Source: the human T2T-CHM13v2.0 reference genome, Homo sapiens. From it: a stretch of 64,000 nt of DNA. Of this stretch, positions 28,329 through 41,400 are shown piece by piece (within the stretch, counting starts at the first letter, position 1; the number at the start of each line of letters is the position of its first letter). The stretch lies in the NCBI RefSeq assembly GCF_009914755.1, contig NC_060948.1. One strand, 5' to 3'. Position numbers and translations under genes: made by a program. The notes beneath the pieces were generated by a model. The model ran no database searches. It was not told the DNA's origin and was given only the letters and a program-made list of their open reading frames with translations.

Positions 28329-31300
28329 ATGCCCTTGAATTAAATGGACTGGAATGGAATGGACTCGAACAGAGTGGAATGGAAAGTGTTGAGATAGAAT
28401 GGAATGGACTCCTTTGGAATGGTGTAGTATGCAATACAATCGACTGGCAGGGAATCAAAAGGAATGTAATCGAATGGATTGGACTGGAATGCAATGGACT
28501 CGAATAGATTGCAAACGGAATGCAAAGGAATGGAATGGAATAGTATGGAATGGAATGGAAAGGAATGGAGTGGAATAGACTAGAGTGGAATGGAATGGAC
28601 TGGAAAGCAATGGACTGGAATGGAACTTTCTTGAATGGACTGGAATCAAACGGAATGGAATGCAATGCAATCAAATGGCATGGAATAAAATAGAATGAAA
28701 GAGAATCAAATGGAATTGAATCGAATGGAATCGAATGGATTGGAAAGAATAGAATGGAATGGAATGGAATGGACTAGAATGGAATGGATTCGAATGGAAG
28801 GCAAAGGAATGGAATCTATTGGAATGGACTGTAATGGAATGGAATGGAAGGGATTGGAATGGACTCGAATGGAATTGACTGCAATAGAAAGGATTCGAAT
28901 GGAATGAAAAAGAATTGAATGGAATAGAACAGAATGGAATCAAATCGAATGAAATGGAATGGAATAGAAAGGAATGGAATGAAATGGAATGGAAAGGATT
29001 CGAATGGAATGCAATCGAATGGAATGGAATCGAACGGAATGGAATAAAATGGAAGAAAACTGGCAAGAAATGGAATCGAAATGAATGGAGTGTTATGGAA
29101 CGGACTCAAAAGGAATTGAATGTAATAGAATGGAGTGGAGTGGACTCGAATATAATGGACTGGAATGGAATGAAATCACATGGAATGGGAACGAATGGAA
29201 TGGAATGGAAAGGAATGGAATCGAATGGAAAGGAATCGAATGGAAGGGAATGAAATTGAATCAACAGGAATGGAAGGGAATAGAATAGACGGTAATGGAA
29301 TGGACTCGAATAGAATGGACACGAATGCTCAAATTGAATGGACTCGAATGGAATGGAAACGAAAGGAATGTCATCGAATGGAATTGAATCGATTGGAATG
29401 AAATCGCATAGAATGGAGTGGAATCAAATGGAATTGAATCGAAAGGAAAGGAAGCGAATGGACTGAAATGAAATGGAATGGAATTGAATGGAAAGTAATG
29501 CAATGGAATAGAATGGAACGAAATTTCACGGAATGGAATCAAACTGAATGGAATCAAATCAATGGAATCCAATCAAATGGAATGGAGTAGATTGGATTGG
29601 ATGGGATTGGAATGAAATGTACTGGAAAGGACTCGAATTTCATGAAACGGAATGGAATGAATTGGAACGGAATGGACTGGAATGGAATGGAATGTCATAG
29701 AATGGCATCAAATGGAATGACATCAAATGGTATGGAATCGAATGCAATGGAATGCTATGGAATGGAATGGAATGCATTGGAATGGAATGTCCTCTAATGG
29801 AATGGATTCGAGTGGAATGGAATCGAATATAATGGAGTCGAATGAAATGGAATTGAAAGGAATGGGATCGAATACAATGGAATATACTGGAATGTAATGT
29901 AATGAACTCGAATGTAATTGACTGGAATGGAATGTACATGAATGGAATGTAATCGAATGGAAAGTAATCCAATGGAATAGAATCTAATGCAATAAAATCG
30001 ACTCAGATAGAGTAGAATGTAATGGAATGGAGTGCAGTGCAATGGAATGGAATGGAATGGAATGCAATGGAATGGAATGGAATGGAATGGAATGGGATGG
30101 AATGGTATGGAATGGATAGTAATGGACTGGAGTGAAATGGAGTGGAAAGGAATGGACTCAAATTGAAAGGGCTCGAAAGGAATGGAGTCAAATGGAATGG
30201 TCTGGAATGGAATGAACACGAATGTAATGCAATCCAATAGAATGGAATCGAATGGCATGGAATATAAAGAAATGGAATCGAAGAGAATGGAAACAAATGG
30301 AATGGAATTGAATGGAATGGAATTGAATGGAATGGGAACGAATGGAGTGAAATTGTATGCAGTATAAGGGAATAGAATGGAATGCAAGCGAAAGGAAAGG
30401 AATGGATTGGAATGGAATGGAATTCATTGGAATGGAAGGGAATGTAGTGTAATGGACAGGCCTGGAATAAAGTGGAATGCTACGGTCTCGAATGGAATAA
30501 AAATGTATGGAATGGAATGCAATGAAACGGAATCGAATGTCATAGAATGTAATGGAATGCAAAAAAATGGAATCCAAAATCATTGAATGGAAAGGCTGGG
30601 TGTCGAAAGGAATTGACTGCAATGGAATGGAATCGAATGGAATGGAAGTGAATAGAATCGAACTAAATCGAATGGAATGGAATTGATAGGAACGGAATGG
30701 AAAGGAATGCAATGATTTGGCATGGAATGGAATCGAATGGCATCGAATGGAATGGAATGGAATGCAATGGAATGGAATGTATTAGAATGTAATGAACATT
30801 AGTGGAATGTACTCGAATGGATTCGACTGGAATGGAATGTTCTGGAAGTGAATGGACTCCAATGGAATGGATTCGAAAGGAATGGAATCGAACGGAATGG
30901 AATCTAATGGAATGGAATTAAATGGAAATGAATCAAATTGAATAGCACGGAATTGAATTGAATGGAATCGAATGCAATGGAATCTAATGAAACGGAAAGG
31001 AAAAAATGGAATGGAATAGAATGGGCTGGAATGGAAAGGAATCGAAACGAATGGAATGGAATCGAACTGAGGAGACTGGAATGGAATGCACTGGAATGGA
31101 AGGGAGTGTAATGGAAGGTTCTCGAAAAAAATGGAATCGAATGGAATGGAATTGAATGGAACGGAATAGAGTCGAATGGAATTGAATGGAATGGAATGGA
31201 CTAGAGTGAAATGGAATCGAACCACAAGGAATGGACAGGAATAGAATGGTCTCGAATTGAATGGAATCGTATGGAATGGCATCAAACGGAATGGAATGGA

Positions 31301-31845
31301 CAGCCACGGAATGGAATGCACTCGAATGCAATGGAGTCGAAACTAATGGACTGGAATAGAATGGACTCGACTGGTACGGACTCCAATGGAATGGAATCGA
31401 ATGGAAGGGAATCGAACGGAATGGACTCGAAGGGAAAAGACTGCAATGGAAAGGTCTCGAATGGAATGGAAATTAATGGAATGGAATGGAATCGAATGAA
31501 ATGGAGTCAAAAGGAATGGAATCGAATGGCAAGAAATCGAATGTAATGGAATCGCAAGGAATTGATGTGAACGGAACGGAATGGAATGGAATCCAAAGGA
31601 ATGGAATAGAATGGAATGGAATCGAATGGAAAGGACTCGAATGGAAATCACTCGAATAGAATGCAATTTAATAAAATAGGATCAAATGTAATAGAATGGA
31701 ATGGAAAGGAATCGAAACGGAAGGAATGGAGACAGATGGAATGGAATGGAACAGAGAGCAATGGTATAGAATGGAATGGAATCATCTGGAATGGAATTGA
31801 ATGGAATGGAATAATATGAAATGGAATGGAATGGAATGGAATGGA
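28329..31845 (+). repeat. DYZ1 unit 9 (3517 bp), shortest unit
   Basis: Anchor to anchor; head variants shared with unit 2; additional 15-bp deletion near 29580. Confidence 0.92.
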
Positions 31846-34800
31846 ATGCCCTTGAATTAAATGGACTGGACTCGAACAGAGTGGAATGGAAAGTGTTGAG
31901 ATAGAATGGAATGGACTCCTTTGGAATGGTGTAGTATGCAATGCAATCGACTGGCAGGGAATCAAAAGGAATGTAATCGAATGGATTGGACTGGAATGCA
32001 ATGGACTCGAATAGATTGGAAACGGAATGCAAAGGAATGGAATGGAATAGTATGGAATGCAATGGAAGGGAATGGAGTGGAATAGACTAGAGTGGAATGG
32101 AATGGACTGGAAAGCAATGGACTGGAATGGAACTTTCTTGGATGGACTGGAATCAAACGGAATGGAATGCAATGCAATCAAATGGCATGGAATAAAATAG
32201 AATGAAAGAGAATCAAATGGAATTGAATCGAATGGAATCGAATGGATTGGAAAGGAATAGAATGGAATGGAATGGAATTGACTCAAATGGAATGGACTAG
32301 AATGGAATGGATTCGAATGGAAGGCAAAGGAATGGAATCTATTGGAATGGACTGTAATGGAATGGAATGGAAGGGATTGGAATGGACTCGAATGGAATGG
32401 ACTGCAATAGAAAGGATTCGAATGGAATGAAAAAGAATTGAATGGAATAGAACAGAATGGAATCAAATCGAATGAAATGGAATGGAATAGAAAGGAATGG
32501 AATGAAATGGAATGGAAAGGATTCGAATGGAATGCAATCGAATGGAATGGAATCGAACGGAATGGAATAAAATGGAAGAAAACTGGCAAGAAATGGAATC
32601 GAAATGAATGGAGTGTTATGGAACGGACTCAAAAGGAATTGAATGTAATAGAATGGAGTGGAGTGGACTCGAATATAATGGACTGGAATGGAATGAAATC
32701 ACATGGAATGGGAACGAATGGAATGGAATGGAAAGGAATGGAATCGAATGAAAAGGAATCGAATGGAAGGGAATGAAATTGAATCAACAGGAATGGAAGG
32801 GAATAGAATAGACGGTAATGGAATGGACTCGAATAGAATGGACACGAATGCTCAAATTGAATGGACTCGAATGGAATGGAAACGAAAGGAATGTCATCGA
32901 ATGGAATTGAATCGATTGGAATGAAATCGCATAGAATGGAGTGGAATCAAATGGAATTGAATCGAAAGGAAAGGAAGCGAATGGACTGAAATGAAATGGA
33001 ATGGAATTGAATGGAAAGTAATGCAATGGAGTAGAATGGAACGAAATTTCACGGAATGGAATCAAACTGAATGGAATCAAATCAATGGAATCAAATCAAA
33101 TGGAATGGAAAGGAATTGAATGGAGTAGATGGGATTGGATGGGATTGGAATGAAATGTACTGGAAAGGACTCGAATTTCATGAAACGGAATGGAATGAAT
33201 TGGAACGGAATGGACCCGAATGGAATGGAATGTCATGGGATGGCATCAAATGGAATGACATCAAATGGAATGGAATCGAATTCAATGGAATGCTATGGAA
33301 TGGAATGGAATGCATTGGAATAGAATGTCCTCTAATGGAATGGATTCGAGTGGAATGGAATTGAATATAATGGAGTCGAATGAAATGGAATTGAAAGGAA
33401 TGGGATCGAATACAATGGAATATACTGGAATGTAACGTAATGAACTCGAATGTAATTGACTGGAATGGAATGTACATGAATGGAATGTAATCGAATGGAA
33501 AGTAATCCAATGGAATAGAATCTAATGCAATAAAATCGACTCAGATAGAGTAGAATGTAATGGAATGGAGTGCAGTGCAATGGAATGGAATGGAATGGAA
33601 TGCAATGGAATGGAATGGAATGGAATGGAATGGAATGGAATGGAATGGGATGGAATGGTATGGAATGGATAGTAATGGACTGGAGTGAAATGGACTGGAA
33701 AGGAATGGACTCAAATTGAAAGGTCTCGAAAGGAATGGAGTCAAATGGAATGGTCTGGAATGGAATGAACACGAATGTAATGCAACCCAATAGAATGGAA
33801 TCGAATGGCATGGAATATAAAGAAATGGAATCGAAGAGAATGGAAACGAATGGAATGGAATTGAATGGAATGGAATTGAATGGAATGGGAACGAATGGAG
33901 TGAAATTGTATGCAGTAGAAGAGAATAGAATGGAATGCAAGCGAAAGGAAAGGAATGGATTGGAATGGAATGGAATTCATTGGAATGGAAGGGAATGTAG
34001 TGTAATGGACAGGCCTGGAATAAAGTGGAATGCTACGGTCTCGAATGGAATAAAAATGTATGGAATGGAATGCAATGAAACGGAATCGAATGTCATAGAA
34101 TGTAATGGAATGCAAAAAAATGGAATCCAAAATCATTGACTGGAAAGGCTGGGTGTCGAAAGGAATTGACTCCAATGGAATGGAATCGAATGGAATGGAA
34201 GTGAATAGAATCGAACTAAATCGAATGGAATGGAATTGATAGGAACGGAATGGAAAGGAATGCAATGATTTGGCATGGAATGGAATCGAGTGGCATCGAA
34301 TGGAATGGAATGGAATGCAATGGAATGGAATGTATTAGAATGTAATGAACTTTAATGGAATGTACTCGAATGGATTCGACTGGAATGGAATGTTCTGGAA
34401 GTGAATGGACTCCAATGGAATGGATTCAAAAGGAATGGAATCGTACGGAATGGAATCTAATGGAATGGAATTAAATGGAAATGAATCAAATTGAATAGCA
34501 CGGAATTGAATTGAATGGAATGGAATGCAATGGAATCTAATGAAACGGAAAGGAAAGGAATGGAATGGAATGGAATGGACTGGAATGGAAAGGAATCGAA
34601 ACGAATGGAATGGAATCGAACTGAAGAGACTGGAATGGAATGCACTGGAATGGAAGGGAGTGTAATGGAAGGTTCTCGAAAAAAATGGAATCGAATGGAA
34701 TGGAATTGAATGGAACGGAATAGAGTCGAATGGAATTGAATGGAATGGAATGGACTAGAGTGAAATGGAATCGAACCACAAGGAATGGACAGGAATAGAA

Positions 34801-35414
34801 TGGTCTCGAATTGAATGGAATCGTATGGAATGGCATCAAACGGAATGGAATGGACAGCCACGGAATGGAATGCACTCGAATGCAATGGAGTCGAAACTAA
34901 TGGACTGGAATAGAATGGACTCGACTGGTACGGACTCCAATGGAATGGAATCGAATGGAAGGGAATGGAACGGAAGGGAATCGAACGGAATGGACTCGAA
35001 GGGAAAAGACTGCAATGGAAAGGTCTCGAATGGAATGGAAATTAATGGAATGGAATGGAATCGAATGAAATGGAGTCAAAAGGAATGGAATCGAATGGCA
35101 AGAAATCGAATGTAATGGAATCGCCAGGAATTGATGTGAACGGAACGGAATGGAATGGAATCCAAAGGAATGGAATAGAATGGAATGGAATCGAATGGAA
35201 AGGACTCGAATGGAAATCACTCGAATAGAATGCAATTTAATAAAATAGGATCAAATGTAATGGAATGGAATGGAAAGGAATCGAAACGAAAGGAATGGAG
35301 ACAGATGGAATGGAATGGAACAGAGAGCAATGGTATAGAATGGAATGGAATCATCTGGAATGGAATTGAATTTAATGGAATAATATGAAATGGAATGGAA
35401 TGGAATGGAATGGA
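31846..35414 (+). repeat. DYZ1 unit 10 (3569 bp), first unit of the right-domain haplotype
   Basis: First appearance of AGATGGGATT, CATGGGATGG, GCAACCCAAT and the 15-bp insertion at ~34967. Confidence 0.92.
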
Positions 35415-38400
35415 ATGCCCTTGAATTAAATGGACTGGAATGGAATGGACTCAAACAGAGTGGAATGGAAAGTGTGGAGATAGAATGGAATGAACTCCTT
35501 TGGAATGGTGTAGTATGCAATGCAATCGACTGGCAGGGAATCAAAAGGAATGTAATCGAATGGATTGGACTGGAATGCAATGGACTCGAATAGATTGGAA
35601 ACGGAATGCAAAGGAATGGAATGGAATAGTATGTAATGCAATGGAAGGGAATGGAGTGGAATAGACTAGAGTGGAATGGAATGTACTGGAAAGCAATGGA
35701 CTGGAATGGAACTTTCTTGGATGGACTGGAATCAAACGGAATGGAATGCAATGCAATCAAATGGCATGGAATAAAATAGAATGAAAGAGAATCAAATGGA
35801 ATTGAATCGAATGGAATCGAATGGATTGGAAAGGAATAGAATGGAATGGAATGGTATTGACTCAAATGGAATGGACTAGAATGGAATGGATTCGAATGGA
35901 AGGCAAAGGAAAGGAATCTATTGGAATGGACTGTAATGGAATGGAATGGAAGGGATTGGAATGGACTCGAATGGAATGGACTGCAATAGAAAGGATTCGA
36001 ATGGAATGAAAAAGAATTGAATGGAATAGAACAGAATGGAATCAAATCGAATGAAATGGAATGGAATAGAAAGGAATGGAATGAAATGGAATGGAAAGGA
36101 TTCGAATGGAATGCAATCGAATGGAATGGAATCGAACGGAATGGAATAAAATGGAAGAAAACTGGCAAGAAATGGAATCGAAATGAATGGAGTGTTATGG
36201 AACGGACTCAAAAGGAATTGAATGTAACAGAATGGAGTGGAGTGGACTCGAATATAATGGAGTGGAATGGAATGAAATCACATGGAATGGGAACGAATGG
36301 AATGGAATGGAAAGGAATGGAATCGAATGGAAAGGAATCGAATGGAAGGGAATGAAATTGAATCAACACGAATGGAAGGGAATAGAATAGACTGTAATGG
36401 AATGGACTCGAATAGAATGGACACGAATGCTCAAATTAAATGGACTCGAATGGAATGGAAACGAAAGGAATGTCATCGAATGGAATTGAATCGATTGGAA
36501 TGAAATCGCATAGAATGGAGTGGAATCAAATGGAATTGAATCGAAAGGAAAGGAAGCGAATGGACTGAAATGAAATGGAATGGAATTGAATGGAAAGTAA
36601 TGCAATGGAATAGAATGGAACGAAATTTCACGGAATGGAATCAAACTGAATGGAATCAAATCAATGGAATCAAATCAAATGGAATGGAAAGGAATTGAAT
36701 GGAGTAGATGGGATTGGATGGGATTGGAATGAAATGTACTGGAAAGGACTCGAATTTCATGAAACGGAATGGAATGAATTGGAAGGGAATGGACTCGAAT
36801 GGAATGGAATGTCATGGGATGGCATCAAATGGAATGGCATCAAATGGAATGGAATCGAATGCAATGGAATGCTATGGAATGGAATGGAATGCATTGGAAT
36901 GGAATGTCCGCTAATGGAATGGATTCAAGTGGAATGGAATTGAATATAATGGAGTCGAATGAAATGGAATTCAAAGGAATGGGATCGAATAAAATGGAAT
37001 ATACTGGAATGTAACGTAATGAACTCGAATGTAATTGACTGGAATGGAATGTACATGAATGGAATGTAATCGAATGGAAAGTAATCCAATGGAATAGAAT
37101 CTAATGCAATAAAATCGACTCAGATAGAGTAGAATGTAATGGAATGGAGTGCAGTGCAATGGAATGGAATGGAATGGAATGCAATGGAATGGAATGGAAT
37201 GGAATGGAATGGAATGGAATGGAATGGAATGGAATGGTATGGAATGGTATGGAATGGATAGTAATGGACTGGAGTGAAATGGACTGGAAAGGAATGGACT
37301 CAAATTGAAAGGGCTCGAAAGGAATGGAGTCAAATGGAATGGTCTGGAATGGAATGAACACGAATGTAATGCAACCCAATAGAATGGAATCGAATGGCAT
37401 GGAATATAAAGAAATGGAATCGAAGAGAATGGAAACAAATGGAATGGAATTGAATGGAATGGGAACGAATGGAGTGAAATTGTATGCAGTAGAAGAGAAT
37501 AGAATGGAATGCAAGCGAAAGGAAAGGAATGGATTGGAATGGAATGGAATTCATTGGAATGGAAGGGAATGTAGTGTAATGGACAGGCCTGGAATAAAGT
37601 GGAATGCTACGGTCTCGAATGGAATAAAAATGTATGGAATGGAATGCAATGAAACGGAATCGAATGTCATAGAATGTAATGGAATGCAAAAAAATGGAAT
37701 CCAAAATCATTGACTGGAAAGGCTGGGTGTCGAAAGGAATTGACTCCAATGGAATGGAATCGAATGGAATGGAAGTGAATAGAATCGAACTAAATCGAAT
37801 GGAATGGAATTGATAGGAACGGAATGGAAAGGAATGCAATGATTTGGCATGGAATGGAATCGAATGGCATCGAATGGAATGGAATGGAATGCAATGGAAT
37901 GGAATGTATTAGAATGTAATGAACTTTAATGGAATGTACTCGAATGGATTCGACTGGAATGGAATGTTCTGGAAGTGAATGGACTCCAATGGAATGGATT
38001 CAAAAGGAATGGAATCGTACGGAATGGAATCTAATGGAATGGAATTAAATGGAAATGAATCAAATTGAATAGCACGGAATTGAATTGAATGGAATGGAAT
38101 GCAATGGAATCTAATGAAACGGAAAGGAAAGGAATGGAATGGAATGGAATGGGCTGGAATGGAAAGGAATCGAAACGAATGGAATGGAATCGAACTGAAG
38201 AGACTGGAATGGAATGCACTGGAATGGAAGGGAGTGTAATGGAAGGTTCTCGAAAAAAATGGAATCGAATGGAATGGAATTGAATGGAACGGAATAGAGT
38301 CGAATGGAATTGAATGGAATGGAATGGACTAGAGTGAAATGGAATCGAACCACAAGGAATGGACAGGAATAGAATGGTCTCGAATTGAATGGAATCGTAT

Positions 38401-41400
38401 GGAATGGCATCAAACGGAATGGAATGGACAGCCACGGAATGGAATGCACTCGAATGCAATGGAGTCGAAACTAATGGACTGGAATAGAATGGACTCGACT
38501 GGTACGGACTCCAATGGAATGGAATCGAATGGAAGGGAATGGAACGGAAGGGAATCGAACGGAATGGACTCGAAGGGAAAAGACTGCAATGGAAAGGTCT
38601 CGAATGGAATGGAAATTAATGGAATGGAATGGAATCGAATGAAATGGAGTCAAAAGGAATGGAATCGAATGGCAAGAAATCGAATGTAATGGAATCGCCA
38701 GGAATTGATGTGAACGGAACGGAATGGAATGGAATCCAAAGGAATGGAATAGAATGGAATGGAATCGAATGGAAAGGACTCGAATGGAAATCACTCGAAT
38801 AGAATGCAATTTAATAAAATAGGATCAAATGTAATGGAATGGAATGGAAAGGAATCGAAACGAAAGGAATGGAGACAGATGGAATGGAATGGAACAGAGA
38901 GCAATGGTATAGAATGGAATGGAATCATCTGGAATGGAATTGAATTTAATGGAATAATATGAAATGGAATGGAATGGAATGGAATGGAATGCCCTTGAAT
39001 TAAATGGACTGGAATGGAATGGACTCAAACAGAGTGGAATGGAAAGTGTGGAGATAGAATGGAATGAACTCCTTTGGAATGGTGTAGTATGCAATGCAAT
39101 CGACTGGCAGGGAATCAAAAGGAATGTAATCGAATGGATTGGACTGGAATGCAATGGACTCGAATAGATTGGAAACGGAATGCAAAGGAATGGAATGGAA
39201 TAGTATGTAATGCAATGGAAGGGAATGGAGTGGAATAGACTAGAGTGGAATGGAATGTACTGGAAAGCAATGGACTGGAATGGAACTTTCTTGGATGGAC
39301 TGGAATCAAACGGAATGGAATGCAATGCAATCAAATGGCATGGAATAAAATAGAATGAAAGAGAATCAAATGGAATTGAATCGAATGGAATCGAATGGAT
39401 TGGAAAGGAATAGAATGGAATGGAATGGTATTGACTCAAATGGAATGGACTAGAATGGAATGGATTCGAATGGAAGGCAAAGGAAAGGAATCTATTGGAA
39501 TGGACTGTAATGGAATGGAATGGAAGGGATTGGAATGGACTCGAATGGAATGGACTGCAATAGAAAGGATTCGAATGGAATGAAAAAGAATTGAATGGAA
39601 TAGAACAGAATGGAATCAAATCGAATGAAATGGAATGGAATAGAAAGGAATGGAATGAAATGGAATGGAAAGGATTCGAATGGAATGCAATCGAATGGAA
39701 TGGAATCGAACGGAATGGAATAAAATGGAAGAAAACTGGCAAGAAATGGAATCGAAATGAATGGAGTGTTATGGAACGGACTCAAAAGGAATTGAATGTA
39801 ACAGAATGGAGTGGAGTGGACTCGAATATAATGGACTGGAATGGAATGAAATCACATGGAATGGGAACGAATGGAATGGAATGGAAAGGAATGGAATCGA
39901 ATGGAAAGGAATCGAATGGAAGGTAATGAAATTGAATCAACAGGAATGGAAGGGAATAGAATAGACTGTAATGGAATGGACTCGAATAGAATGGACACGA
40001 ATGCTCAAATTAAATGGACTCGAATGGAATGGAATCGAAAGGAATGTCATCGAATGGAATTGAATCGATTGGAATGAAATCGCATAGAATGGAGTGGAAT
40101 CAAATGGAATTGAATCGAAAGGAAAGGAAGCGAATGGACTGAAATGAAATGGAATGGAATTGAATGGAAAGTAATGCAATGGAATAGAATGGAACGAAAT
40201 TTCACGGAATGGAATCAAACTGAATGGAATCAAATCAATGGAATCAAATCAAATGGAATGGAAAGGAATTGAATGGAGTAGATGGGATTGGATGGGATTG
40301 CAATGAAATGTACTGGAAAGGACTCGAATTTCATGAAACGGAATGGAATGAATTGGAAGGGAATGGACTCGAATGGAATGGAATGTCATGGGATGGCATC
40401 AAATGGAATGGCATCAAATGGAATGGAATCGAATGCAATGGAATGCTATGGAATGGAATGGAATGCATTGGAATGGAATGTCCGCTAATGGAATGGATTC
40501 GAGTGGAATGGAATTGAATATAATGGAGTCGAATGAAATGGAATTGAAAGGAATGGGATCGAATACAATGGAATATACTGGAATGTAAGGTAATGAACTC
40601 GAATGTAATTGACTGGAATGGAATGTACATGAATGGAATGTAATCGAATGGAAAGTAATCCAATGGAATAGAATCTAATGCAATAAAATCGACTCAGATA
40701 GAGTAGAATGTAATGGAATGGAGTGCAGTGCAATGGAATGGAATGGAATGGAATGCAATGGAATGGAATGGAATGGAATGGAATGGAATGGAATGGAATG
40801 GAATGGAATGGTATGGAATGGTATGGAATGGATAGTAATGGACTGGAGTGAAATGGACTGGAAAGGAATGGACTCAAATTGAAAGGGCTCGAAAGGAATG
40901 GAGTCAAATGGAATGGTCTGGAATGGAATGAACACGAATGTAATGCAACCCAATAGAATGGAATCGAATGGCATGGAATATAAAGAAATGGAATCGAAGA
41001 GAATGGAAACAAATGGAATGGAATTGAATGGAATGGGAACGAATGGAGTGAAATTGTATGCAGTAGAAGAGAATAGAATGGAATGCAAGCGAAAGGAAAG
41101 GAATGGATTGGAATGGAATGGAATTCATTGGAATGGAAGGGAATGTAGTGTAATGGACAGGCCTGGAATAAAGTGGAATGCTACGGTCTCGAATGGAATA
41201 AAAATGTATGGAATGGAATGCAATGAAACGGAATCGAATGTCATAGAATGTAATGGAATGCAAAAAAATGGAATCCAAAATCATTGACTGGAAAGGCTGG
41301 GTGTCGAAAGGAATTGACTCCAATGGAATGGAATCGAATGGAATGGAAGTGAATAGAATCGAACTAAATCGAATGGAATGGAATTGATAGGAACGGAATG

